DNA from: Patescibacteria group bacterium
GTDB taxonomy: Bacteria; Patescibacteriota; Patescibacteriia; 2-01-FULL-39-33
Direction of reading: 5' to 3'
Length of the DNA: 32,000 nucleotides
NCBI GenBank assembly: GCA_041662745.1
Contig: JBAZRV010000003.1
Location: forward strand, 1-32,000
Shown in pieces: positions 15,894-24,026 of this stretch; the stretch's first letter is position 1; each line of letters begins with the position of its first letter. The notes under the pieces were generated by a model. That model was not told the origin of the DNA. It saw only the letters and a program-made list of their open reading frames with translations, and made no database searches. The position numbers and the translations under genes are program-made.

Positions 15894-17834
15894 ATGAAAA
15901 AGTTTTTTTGTTTGGTTTTTTTAGTCAGCTTAGCGGCGTTTTTCCCTTTCTCCGCCAAGGCTTACGAGCGTATCACTGATTTTTCTTCCGACATCGCCGT
16001 CAATAGGGACGGAACTTTGACGGTTACCGAAACCATCAAGGCGGTAGCCGAGCACAATAAAATCAACCATGGCATTTATCGCGATTTGATTGTCAAATAC
16101 CGGGGGCCGGATAATGACCATTATTATCAAGCCGGAGTAAAGATTTTATCGGTTAAGCGAGACGGAGTGTTTGAACCTTACCATACGGAAATAACGGGAG
16201 CCGATTTAAGGATCTATATCGGCGATAGCGATAAACTGGTGCCGTTGGGCGAGCCGACCTATGAGTTGACTTACCAAGTTTCCGGTTTAATGCGTTATTC
16301 TGAAAAGGCGGATGAATTGTATTGGAATGTAACCGGCAATAACTGGGAATTTTCGATTGAGAAAGCGCACGCGCAAGTAACCCTGCCCTGGACTCAGAAA
16401 GATTACGCTACGGTTTTTTCTTATAGCAGCCTTTATACCGGCGCCAGCGGTTCTCGCGATCATGACGGTTATTTTGATGAAATCGGCGGGAAATTTTTTT
16501 ATCGGGCCAATTCCGTGTTGTATCCCGGCGAAGGGTTAACTATAGTTTTGGGCTGGCCGCAGGGACGCATTGCCAAATTATTGCCGACGCTTAAAGAGGT
16601 TGATTTTCTGACTAAGTTTTTAAATTCCCTCAACCAGCAGAGCCGTATAAATATTTTGATAACGATGTCACTTTTGGTGCTCATTTACTTTGCGGTTATC
16701 TGGCTGTGGCGAGGTCGCGGTCCGAGGCCGGGCACGATTATTCCGCAGTACGATCCGCCGGTCGGATTATCGCCCGGCGATATCGCTCATGTCGCCAGTC
16801 TGGGCTTGAATTTCAATAATACCCTGGGAGCATTAATAATCAGCTTGGCGATTAAGGGCAAGATAAAAATCACTAAAAAGAATGGTTTTTTCAGCGCGGT
16901 TAGATGGGAATTAGACCGTCTTAATGAAGAAACCGCCGGACTAAGCGAGGATGAAAAGCTGTTAGTGATTAATTTATTTAGACGGGGGGATAAGTTGAAG
17001 TTGCCGGATTCCAGCAGCAGCTTGTCAATGTTTATTCGCTGGACCTTTCGTCCGTTTTTCCATAAAAAATGGCATAAAGTCGCTTATGTCAATAATTCAG
17101 TCTGGCTGTTTCTGGGCGTGATGTTATCAATTTTACTTTTAATGTTTTTTTGGTCGTTGGGCTTCGGGCTATTGGCCTTGGCTTCTTTACCCTTCGCTTT
17201 TTTGGCAATATTTTTTATCGCTTTTGCTTCTTCTTTAGTTAGGGTTCTAGTAAAGGGCGATTTTAATTTTACCGTTGTTATTTATTTGATCGCCATAATC
17301 ATAACTTCTATAATCGCTTGGGTTGTTTTGCGTCCGTTTTTTCTTAGAATTGCGGAGTTGCCAAGTTCTTTCTGGCTTGATTTATTTTTTACCTATTGGT
17401 ATTCATTGCTGTTGCTGGCGGTTCTTGTCGTTAACTTTTTGGCTTTTAGGTTCCTGCGCCGGCCGACCCCGGAGGGGCGGAAATTATTAGATGAAATAGA
17501 AGGATTTAAGTTATTTTTAATGACAACCGAAAAAGACCGTTTGGAATTCTTTCATCCCATCAAGCAAATTCCGGAGGTGTTTGAAAAATATTTCCCCTAT
17601 GCCATCGCTCTGGGCGTAGCTGATAAGTGGGCGGCGAGGTTTGATAATCTTTTTAGGGAAACAGACGGCCAGGCCGCTTATGCTCCGATTTGGTATGGCG
17701 GATCATTATCCGGCATCGGCGGCATCGGCGGAATTTCTTCAATCGGCTCATCACTGGGTTCTTCTTTGGGATCATCCGGCGCCGGCGGCGGAGCGGGGGG
17801 CGGCGGCGGAGGCGGCGGCGGAGGAGGTTGGTAA
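15894..17834 (+). CDS. DUF2207-family membrane protein with poly-Gly C-terminus
   Basis: 646 aa. Signal peptide, an extracytoplasmic domain starting YERITDFSSDIAVNRDGTLTVTETI, multiple TM helices, and a C-terminal GAGGGAGGGGGGGGGGGW tail typical of this family as I recall it. Confidence 0.7.
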   Translation: MKKFFCLVFLVSLAAFFPFSAKAYERITDFSSDIAVNRDGTLTVTETIKAVAEHNKINHGIYRDLIVKYRGPDNDHYYQAGVKILSVKRDGVFEPYHTEITGADLRIYIGDSDKLVPLGEPTYELTYQVSGLMRYSEKADELYWNVTGNNWEFSIEKAHAQVTLPWTQKDYATVFSYSSLYTGASGSRDHDGYFDEIGGKFFYRANSVLYPGEGLTIVLGWPQGRIAKLLPTLKEVDFLTKFLNSLNQQSRINILITMSLLVLIYFAVIWLWRGRGPRPGTIIPQYDPPVGLSPGDIAHVASLGLNFNNTLGALIISLAIKGKIKITKKNGFFSAVRWELDRLNEETAGLSEDEKLLVINLFRRGDKLKLPDSSSSLSMFIRWTFRPFFHKKWHKVAYVNNSVWLFLGVMLSILLLMFFWSLGFGLLALASLPFAFLAIFFIAFASSLVRVLVKGDFNFTVVIYLIAIIITSIIAWVVLRPFFLRIAELPSSFWLDLFFTYWYSLLLLAVLVVNFLAFRFLRRPTPEGRKLLDEIEGFKLFLMTTEKDRLEFFHPIKQIPEVFEKYFPYAIALGVADKWAARFDNLFRETDGQAAYAPIWYGGSLSGIGGIGGISSIGSSLGSSLGSSGAGGGAGGGGGGGGGGGW

Positions 17835-17954
17835 GATGAAGACTCGCGCTAAAATCGGCAATAAGCAAGGCAACCCGGCTTATCGTACCGCCGCGACCTT
17901 CAGACACAATAAGTGTTTTGATATCGGCGCGGCTAAGGCGAAGAATTCGGCCGT

Positions 17955-17994
17955 AAAAAATAAAAACCCGTTTCGGCCGGGATGGCGAACGGGT
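17955..17994 (-). terminator. Intrinsic terminator of the minus-strand 139-aa gene
   Basis: acccgtttcg (17966-17975) pairs with cgaacgggt (17986-17994). The plus-strand aaaaaataaaaa (17955-17966) is the T-tract on the minus strand. Confidence 0.75.
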
Positions 17995-18017
17995 GATGCG
18001 AAAGAACCGAGCAATGA

Positions 18018-18437
18018 TTAGGGAGCTTGTTCCGGTTGGGGGTCAAAAAGGATAATGGCGTTTTTGCTGGATAACAGCCTGACTATTTCTTGCCAGCTTT
18101 TGCCGATTTTGCCGGCAATAAGACGGCATTTTTCTTCCAGCTGTTGCGCCGGCAAACTTATCCACCAGGCACGGTCGCTTCTGATTTTTCCTTCAGTCTC
18201 ATATTCTTGAACTGCAGCGATTTCTTGGGCTTGCCGGATGTCTGATCGGGCTTTATCAATTTTACTGATTTGATGAACGCTGAATCCGCCGCCTAACATA
18301 GACACCAAGCCAATAATAAAGCAAATTACCCCCAGTTTTATTTTTTTAGAACTTGAAAAGTAAATGGCCAGTGCGGTCAGCAAAATAAAAGATATTGTCG
18401 ATATGAAATAAATGCCGATTAAAATATTCAAAAGCAT
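18018..18437 (-). CDS. Hypothetical membrane protein (2 TM + soluble C-terminal domain)
   Basis: 139 aa with two N-terminal hydrophobic helices, followed by its own terminator. Confidence 0.65.
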   Translation of the reverse strand: MLLNILIGIYFISTISFILLTALAIYFSSSKKIKLGVICFIIGLVSMLGGGFSVHQISKIDKARSDIRQAQEIAAVQEYETEGKIRSDRAWWISLPAQQLEEKCRLIAGKIGKSWQEIVRLLSSKNAIILFDPQPEQAP

Positions 18438-18496
18438 GTGTTCTCTCCTTACCTTATGAGGGCGGTTAAGCTTTTTAAAGTGCCTTGTTTAATTAA

Positions 18497-18525
18497 TTGA
18501 CAACCTTCAAATCATTATATATAAT
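18497..18525 (+). promoter_or_regulatory. Consensus sigma70 promoter of uvrB
   Basis: TTGACA (18497-18502), 17-nt spacer, TATAAT (18520-18525). The implied leader is only about 15 nt. Confidence 0.75.
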
Positions 18526-18546
18526 AATGGTTTATTTGTCAAGAGT

Positions 18547-20388
18547 ATGCCTAAAACACTATTTCAACTAAAATCCAAATATTCTCCGGCGGGCGATCAG
18601 CCGCAGGCGATTAAAAAAATTACAGCCGGCTTGAATCAAGGCCGGGATTTTCAGACGCTTTTGGGTATTACCGGTTCGGGCAAGACCTTTACCGTGGCCA
18701 ATGTTATCGCCCAACAGAATAAGCCGGTTTTGGTGATGGCTCCCAACAAAGCTTTGGCGGCCCAGCTTTATCGCGAATACAAAAATTATTTTCCGCATAA
18801 TTCGGTTAATTTTTTCGTTTCCTATTATGATTATTATCAGCCGGAAGCCTATTTGCCCAATACTGATACTTATATTGAAAAGGAAGCCATGATTAACCAA
18901 GAGATAGACCGTTTGCGCCATCAGGCCACTTCGGCTTTATTGTCGCGACGCGATGTGATTATCGTGGCTTCGGTTTCTTGCATTTATAATTTGGGCGTGC
19001 CCGTCAGTTATCTGGAATCGGCTTTGCATCTGGCTATTGGCCAGCCGTTGGTGCGCGCCGATTTTATCCGCCAATTGGTACGCATGCATTTTGAGCGCAG
19101 CCAGGGGGAATTAAAACGGGGGCTGTTTCGTGTCCGGGGCGAGGTGTTTGAAATCATGGCCGCTTCGGAGAATGTCGTTTATCGCATAGAATTGGGGGAT
19201 CAGCAAGTCAAGGAAATCCAGTTAGTTGACCCCTTAACGCGCAAGATAATTGAAGAGCTTAAGGAGATTGTGATTTTTCCGCCCAAGCATTTTGTGTCTA
19301 CCGAACCCCAAATAGACACGGCCATCAAGGATATTAAGTTAGAGCTTAAGGATCGCTTAAAGTATTTTAACAAAAAGAATTTATATTTGGAGGCGGAACG
19401 GTTGGAGCGCCGCACTCGTTACGATATGGAGATGCTCAAGTCAGTGGGTTACTGCCATGGCATTGAGAATTATTCCCGCCATCTGGCCGGCAAGTTGCCC
19501 GGTGAACCGCCGGACAGCCTGTTGGCTTATTTCCCGCTTAAAGACGGTAAACCGGATTATTTGCTGATTATGGATGAATCGCATATCGGCTTGCCCCAGG
19601 TCAGGGGAATGTATGAGGGCGATCGGGCCAGAAAGAACACCTTAGTGGAATTCGGCTGGCGTTTGCCTTCGGCATTGGATAACCGGCCGCTCAAGTTTGA
19701 TGAGTTTTTGCAACGGATCGGCCAGACGGTTTTCACCTCGGCTACGCCGGGTGATTGGGAGATTAAGCATTCCAAGCAATTGATTGAGCAGGTTATCCGA
19801 CCGACCGGTTTGGTGGATCCGCCGATTGAGATTAGGCCGGTGTTTGATAAGAAGAGAAATTACAGCCAGATTGATGATGTTATTGCCGAGTCAATAAAAA
19901 TTACGGCCAAAGGCGAAAGAAGCATCATCAATACCTTGACTAAAAAGCAGGCTGAGGACCTGAACAATTTTCTTGTTCAGCAGGGTATTAAGTCTAATTA
20001 CCTGCATAGCGATATTAAGACTGTGGCTCGTACCGAAATTTTGACCGCTTTCCGGCGGGGCGAATTTGATGTCTTAATCGGCGTCAACCTGCTGCGCGAA
20101 GGCCTGGATTTGCCCGAGGTATCTTTTGTGGCTATTTTGGATGCTGATCGCGAAGGATTCCTGAGATCGGAAACCTCGCTGATTCAAACCATGGGTCGAG
20201 CCGCCAGGAATGTCTCCGGCAAAGTCATCCTTTACGCCGATAACATCACCGGCTCCATTAAGCGGGCGGCCAGCGAAGTGGAACGCCGGCGGGTCAAACA
20301 ACTGGCCTATAATAAAAAGCACGGTATCATTGCTGAGACCGTGCGAAAGGACATTGAAGAATTTTTGGATTTTACGGCAGTGGATTAG
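18547..20388 (+). CDS. uvrB: Excinuclease ABC subunit B, lacking the C-terminal UVR domain
   Basis: 613 aa, collinear with E. coli UvrB as I recall it: PAGDQPQAI, GITGSGKTF, FVSYYDYYQPEAY, DESH, GINLLREGLDLPEV, QTMGRAARN. It ends about 13 aa after YNKKHGIIAETV. Confidence 0.93.
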   Translation: MPKTLFQLKSKYSPAGDQPQAIKKITAGLNQGRDFQTLLGITGSGKTFTVANVIAQQNKPVLVMAPNKALAAQLYREYKNYFPHNSVNFFVSYYDYYQPEAYLPNTDTYIEKEAMINQEIDRLRHQATSALLSRRDVIIVASVSCIYNLGVPVSYLESALHLAIGQPLVRADFIRQLVRMHFERSQGELKRGLFRVRGEVFEIMAASENVVYRIELGDQQVKEIQLVDPLTRKIIEELKEIVIFPPKHFVSTEPQIDTAIKDIKLELKDRLKYFNKKNLYLEAERLERRTRYDMEMLKSVGYCHGIENYSRHLAGKLPGEPPDSLLAYFPLKDGKPDYLLIMDESHIGLPQVRGMYEGDRARKNTLVEFGWRLPSALDNRPLKFDEFLQRIGQTVFTSATPGDWEIKHSKQLIEQVIRPTGLVDPPIEIRPVFDKKRNYSQIDDVIAESIKITAKGERSIINTLTKKQAEDLNNFLVQQGIKSNYLHSDIKTVARTEILTAFRRGEFDVLIGVNLLREGLDLPEVSFVAILDADREGFLRSETSLIQTMGRAARNVSGKVILYADNITGSIKRAASEVERRRVKQLAYNKKHGIIAETVRKDIEEFLDFTAVD

Positions 20389-20399
20389 TTTCGCTAATA

Positions 20400-20630
20400 T
20401 CAGGAAACAGCTGCCAGCGGCTGATGATAGATGGCTATTGAATCGGCGTTGCGAGATTTGTGCATGCAGGCGTTCCTTAATTCTTGATTTTCTTCACCGT
20501 AAGACTTGTCTATTGCTGTTTGGATTTGATCGATGTCAAATACGCTGATACCGACGGTTTTTTGAACCACTGCCAATTTATTGCCATTTCTCCAGCTTTC
20601 GGCCACCCAAGTTAATAAGAAACGTTGCAT
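20400..20630 (-). CDS. Small hypothetical protein (76 aa)
   Basis: AAGGAG lies 9 nt upstream of the ATG. Second gene of a two-gene minus-strand unit. No motif recognised. Confidence 0.55.
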   Translation of the reverse strand: MQRFLLTWVAESWRNGNKLAVVQKTVGISVFDIDQIQTAIDKSYGEENQELRNACMHKSRNADSIAIYHQPLAAVS

Positions 20631-20649
20631 TGTTGTTTTCTCCTTTTTG

Positions 20650-20847
20650 TTAGAGACTTAAACCCATGCCCCCTTGCCGTTGCAGTTTGCGTTTTTTTCT
20701 ATCGCCCTTAGCGCCTATCTTTTCAAAATTATCCATAGGACTGATACGCTGATTACTTCCTTGATCAAATGAAAGGAAAAATTCGCAATATTTAAATACA
20801 AGTTTTATTGTTCTCCTCCTATTCTTCTTCTTGTTTTTCTTAGCCAT
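20650..20847 (-). CDS. Small, very basic hypothetical protein (65 aa)
   Basis: AAGGAG lies 7 nt upstream of the ATG. N-terminus MAKKNKKKNRRR, with an internal KGDRKKRKLQRQ. Confidence 0.55.
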   Translation of the reverse strand: MAKKNKKKNRRRTIKLVFKYCEFFLSFDQGSNQRISPMDNFEKIGAKGDRKKRKLQRQGGMGLSL

Positions 20848-20913
20848 GGCTGTACTCCTTTTTGTTAAAGTGCGCTTTAATCTAATATCTCATTATATTG
20901 AATAACAAATAAA

Positions 20914-21906
20914 ATGTCAATAAATAATAAAAAAGCCAATTTTTGGTTAAAATTAAAAAAACCGATTTTAGCCTTGGCGCCAATGGCGGGCGTGACCGAT
21001 TCGGCTTTTCGGCAAATTTGCCGGCAGTACGGAGCGGACGTGGTATATACGGAAATGGTTTCGGCCGATGGCCTGTACTATGACTCCAAGAAAACTCTGG
21101 CCATGCTTAAATTTTCTAAGCAGGAAAAACCGGTGGTTATACAGTTATTCGGCAAATACCCGGAAAGGTTTACTAAGGCAGCTAAGGTTGTTCAGGCCGC
21201 CGGTTTTGACGGCATTGATATTAATTTCGGTTGTCCGGCCAGGAAAGTCGCCGGCCATGGCGGGGGAGTAACTTTGATGCGCGATTTGGATAAGTGCCGG
21301 CAGATTGTGGAGAATGTTTTGGCCGGCACGACATTGCCCGTGTCGGTAAAGTTAAGGTCGTCAATCAGCAAAGACGGCGGTAAAGTGACGGCTTGGGATT
21401 TTTTGCAAGCCATGAAGGATTTGCCTTTGGCTGCCGTAGTGATTCATGGCCGGCCGTATGAAGATCCTTTTGCCGCTAAGCTTGATTATGAAATGATCAA
21501 AAAGTGCGTTCAGCTATTTAAGAAGCAAAATCGCCAAGGCGTTGTTTTGGGCAATGGCGGGATTAACGCTCCTTCAGATGCCAAAAGAATGATAGAGTTG
21601 ACCGGCGCGGCCGGGGTGGGTTTGGCGCGGGGATTATACGGCCGACCCTGGCTGTTTGGGCAAGTCAGGCGTTATTTGAAAACAGGGAAGTACTCGGAAT
21701 TAACCGTTAGGCAGGTTAATAAAGCAATATTGCAACATGCCCGCCTGGCTTTTAAAGCTAAGGATCGCCAAGGCATTATAGAATTAAGAAAACACCTGGC
21801 CTGGTATGTGTCCGGACGGCCTCAGGCTAAAGAGTTACGGGCTAAATTGGTGCGGGTGGAGAGCTTGAAAGAACTCAGGCAAATATTAAAGCAATCAGCC
21901 GGCTGA
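20914..21906 (+). CDS. dus: tRNA-dihydrouridine synthase
   Basis: 330 aa. LAPMAGVTDSAFR, DGIDINFGCPA and VIHGR motifs. Confidence 0.9.
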   Translation: MSINNKKANFWLKLKKPILALAPMAGVTDSAFRQICRQYGADVVYTEMVSADGLYYDSKKTLAMLKFSKQEKPVVIQLFGKYPERFTKAAKVVQAAGFDGIDINFGCPARKVAGHGGGVTLMRDLDKCRQIVENVLAGTTLPVSVKLRSSISKDGGKVTAWDFLQAMKDLPLAAVVIHGRPYEDPFAAKLDYEMIKKCVQLFKKQNRQGVVLGNGGINAPSDAKRMIELTGAAGVGLARGLYGRPWLFGQVRRYLKTGKYSELTVRQVNKAILQHARLAFKAKDRQGIIELRKHLAWYVSGRPQAKELRAKLVRVESLKELRQILKQSAG

Positions 21907-21956
21907 CGGGGTTTGTCCTAATTAAATCATGATTCTAATTTAAAAAAAATCATAAG

Positions 21957-21992
21957 AAAAAGGCGCCTCGTTCGGGGCGTCTTGCTTTATTT
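21957..21992. terminator. Bidirectional intrinsic terminator (dus / 119-aa gene)
   Basis: ggcgcctc (21962-21969) pairs with gggggcgtc.. (to 21981), about 8 bp including G-U pairs. A-run upstream and a T-rich tract downstream. Confidence 0.7.
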
Positions 21993-22346
21993 TCCGGTTG
22001 ATTTTTTCGGCGCGCTTTGGGGTTTGCGCTTCTTTGGCGTTGCCCCCGTTGTTTTTTCGGGCGGTGTTTCTTCAATGGTAATGCCCAGGGCAGCGGCTTG
22101 CTGGCGCAAATAGGTTTCGGGCAGACCGTTCTTCGTCCCCTTAATAACCAGGCATCGCCGTCTCTCAAGATTACCCCAGGTTGGGACAATCCGTTTGACC
22201 TCATAGCGTCCGGCCGGCAAAGTCACTCTGTGATCGTAAATGCCTGATCGGTTGCGCTGGTGAAAGCTATTCTCGTAGGCTTCTTGGGAATAACTTATAA
22301 CTGTTAGCGGTTTGGAACAAATCAGGAAAGTTCTCTTTTTCGGCAT
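21987..22346 (-). CDS. Hypothetical protein (119 aa) with Lys/Pro-rich basic tail
   Basis: AAGGAG lies 8 nt upstream of the ATG. It has its own promoter and terminator. C-terminus reads TPPEKTTGATPKKRKPQSAPKKSTGK. Confidence 0.65.
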   Translation of the reverse strand: MPKKRTFLICSKPLTVISYSQEAYENSFHQRNRSGIYDHRVTLPAGRYEVKRIVPTWGNLERRRCLVIKGTKNGLPETYLRQQAAALGITIEETPPEKTTGATPKKRKPQSAPKKSTGK

Positions 22347-22381
22347 GGCATCAGCTCCTTGGTCGGGTTTATAGACAGTGC

Positions 22382-22408
22382 GATTATTAAACTAAATATT
22401 TAATAATC
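22382..22408. promoter_or_regulatory. Perfect 10-bp inverted repeat (operator-like) at the predicted start site of the 119-aa gene
   Basis: gattattaaa (22382-22391) and tttaataatc (22399-22408) are exact reverse complements with a 7-nt spacer. The repeat lies immediately downstream of the -10 hexamer. Confidence 0.5.
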
Positions 22409-22409
22409 C

Positions 22410-22438
22410 ATTGTAGCAAATCATTGTTATTTTGTCAA
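22410..22438 (-). promoter_or_regulatory. Consensus promoter of the 119-aa gene, overlapping the corA stop
   Basis: Read on the minus strand: TTGACA (22433-22438), 17-nt spacer, TGcTACAAT (-10 at 22410-22415). Confidence 0.7.
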
Positions 22439-23376
22439 ATCCAGCGTTTTTTCTTGAAGTAAAAGAAAAGGCAAACAGCTCCCACTACCATAATAAAGAT
22501 TATTATCCAAAAACCGCGGGGATTGCCAACGAACGGCATGCCGCCAACCGTGTTCATGCCGAAAATCGCCGCTAAAAGAGTCAAAGGAAAGACGATGACA
22601 GAGAATACGGTCAGAGTGCGCATAATATCATTGAGTTTGAAGGAAATTAAAGAAGAATTTGTGTCTTCCAGGGCTTCAATCATTTCTTTTTGTTCGTTCA
22701 AGATATCCCAGATATTCTTAGTGTGTTCTATCAGGTCGTTATAAAATGTTTTCATTTCGCTGGAATCCAGATACCAAACGCTGGCGCGGCTTAGTTTTTG
22801 GATGACGCCCTTATGCGCCTCCATGATTTTACGGAAGTTCAGGATGTTTCTTTTGGTCAATAATATTTCCCGCACCATTTCACGTTCTCGGCCGTCAAAA
22901 ATGTTTTTTTCAATGCCCTGGATATCAATGCTCATATGGTCCATGATCGGGTAGCAGTATTCCTGCAGGCGGACGATAATCTCGTACAGGAGCATCATAT
23001 TGTTGCCGGACAGGTATTGTTCGCGGTAGAATTTATCGCTGAGGCAGAGATTGAATAATTCAACCAGGGGCGGCAGGTTGTTTTTGTGGCAAGTGATCAG
23101 GAAATGATCGCCAATGAAAAAATCCACCTCTTCAGCGTCAACCGTGCGGGTTTTTCTGTTGTAAACGGGGAATTGCAGGATGAGGAAACAATAATTGTTT
23201 CGAACATAGAATTTCGGACGCTGGGTCAGGTTTTTGGAATAAGAATCGCGCAAATCCAGTTCGTTGAATTTGTATTTTTTGCGCAAATAATTTATTTCCT
23301 CTTTTTGAGCATCGACTATGTTGGTCCAATTGAATTTGCCAACGTTTGATTTTAGGGTATTGATGTTTAATGACAT
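22435..23376 (-). CDS. corA: CorA-family divalent metal (Mg2+/Co2+) transporter
   Basis: 313 aa with two C-terminal TM helices and the signature FGMN (AAIFGMNTVGGMPF). Confidence 0.9.
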   Translation of the reverse strand: MSLNINTLKSNVGKFNWTNIVDAQKEEINYLRKKYKFNELDLRDSYSKNLTQRPKFYVRNNYCFLILQFPVYNRKTRTVDAEEVDFFIGDHFLITCHKNNLPPLVELFNLCLSDKFYREQYLSGNNMMLLYEIIVRLQEYCYPIMDHMSIDIQGIEKNIFDGREREMVREILLTKRNILNFRKIMEAHKGVIQKLSRASVWYLDSSEMKTFYNDLIEHTKNIWDILNEQKEMIEALEDTNSSLISFKLNDIMRTLTVFSVIVFPLTLLAAIFGMNTVGGMPFVGNPRGFWIIIFIMVVGAVCLFFYFKKKRWI

Positions 23377-23429
23377 AGCATGGGGTTCAATTTAATTATA
23401 GCATAGATTTATAAATTAGTGTATAATAG

Positions 23430-23438
23430 TGGTATAAT
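23430..23438 (+). promoter_or_regulatory. Extended -10 element (TGgTATAAT) upstream of the 173-aa/859-aa gene pair
   Basis: TGgTATAAT at 23430-23438. A second TATAAT lies at 23422-23427. No clear -35. Confidence 0.45.
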
Positions 23439-23476
23439 ATAAACGAGGAAAGCGGTTAATTATTATTTTTCTGATT

Positions 23477-23998
23477 ATGCCCTTAGATCAAAAAGAATTG
23501 TCAGTTGCCGGCCAAGAAAGAAAAGACGCCTTGCCCGGCGCAACAACGGAAAGCGGGTTGGAATTTGAACCGGCGCCGGAACCGGCGCCGTCAGAGTTCG
23601 GTTGGAAAGAGCGGGGCGGCCGATTGAAAGAGCAAGGCGAGCTGATTGCCGGTGGAGAAGCGCCGGCCGCGCCAACGGCAACACCGGCTAATGCCGAAGC
23701 CCTGAAAACCTATAAGCAGATTGAGGGTATTTTGGAAGAAGATTTGGGTGAAATCTATAACAATCTGTCTCCCAAGGATCAGCAGGTGTTTAAGATTAAG
23801 GGTGAAGAGGCGGCGCGATCAATTTTTAAGGTTGTCTACCATCAAGCCAAGATCAAAGTCAAAAAAATCATTCATTTGATTAAAAAGTGGCTAAGAACGG
23901 TTCCCGGAATCAATCGTTATTTTTTGGAGCAGGAAGCCAAGATCAAGGCCGATAAAATTGTGGCTTTAGCCAGAAATGACAAGAAAATAGAATTTTAG
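23477..23998 (+). CDS. Hypothetical protein (173 aa): acidic Pro/Ala-rich N-half, Lys-rich helical C-half
   Basis: No in-frame start is available upstream (stop at 23435-23437). Contains a 12-nt tandem duplication at 23567-23590. No motif recognised. Confidence 0.6.
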   Translation: MPLDQKELSVAGQERKDALPGATTESGLEFEPAPEPAPSEFGWKERGGRLKEQGELIAGGEAPAAPTATPANAEALKTYKQIEGILEEDLGEIYNNLSPKDQQVFKIKGEEAARSIFKVVYHQAKIKVKKIIHLIKKWLRTVPGINRYFLEQEAKIKADKIVALARNDKKIEF

Positions 23999-24026
23999 CC
24001 GATTATTTATTGACCATTGTAATTTT

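Noticed and set aside
17690-17834. GC-rich tandem codon repeats (ggcatcggc x2, ggcggcgga runs) at the DUF2207 3' end, considered as a non-coding repeat element.
   Set aside because: They are in frame and encode the Gly/Ser-rich tail characteristic of this protein family. They may be slippage-prone, but the CDS explains them.
17641-18021. The 126-aa plus-strand ORF, the 84-aa minus-strand ORF, and a possible 61-aa basic ORF starting at ATG 17836, all around the DUF2207 3' end.
   Set aside because: The first two are alternate readings of the GGC/GGA poly-Gly codon repeat. The 61-aa ORF has a GGAGG upstream only because of Gly codons. It also contains the intrinsic terminator of the convergent 139-aa gene and overlaps that gene's stop. 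I cannot support it as coding.
18497-18542. TTGACAA / TTGTCAA 7-nt inverted repeat bracketing the uvrB promoter, considered as an SOS/LexA operator.
   Set aside because: One arm is simply the -35 hexamer. There is no resemblance to the CGAAC-n4-GTTCG or CTGT-n8-ACAG LexA boxes. A 7-nt repeat in AT-rich DNA is weak evidence.
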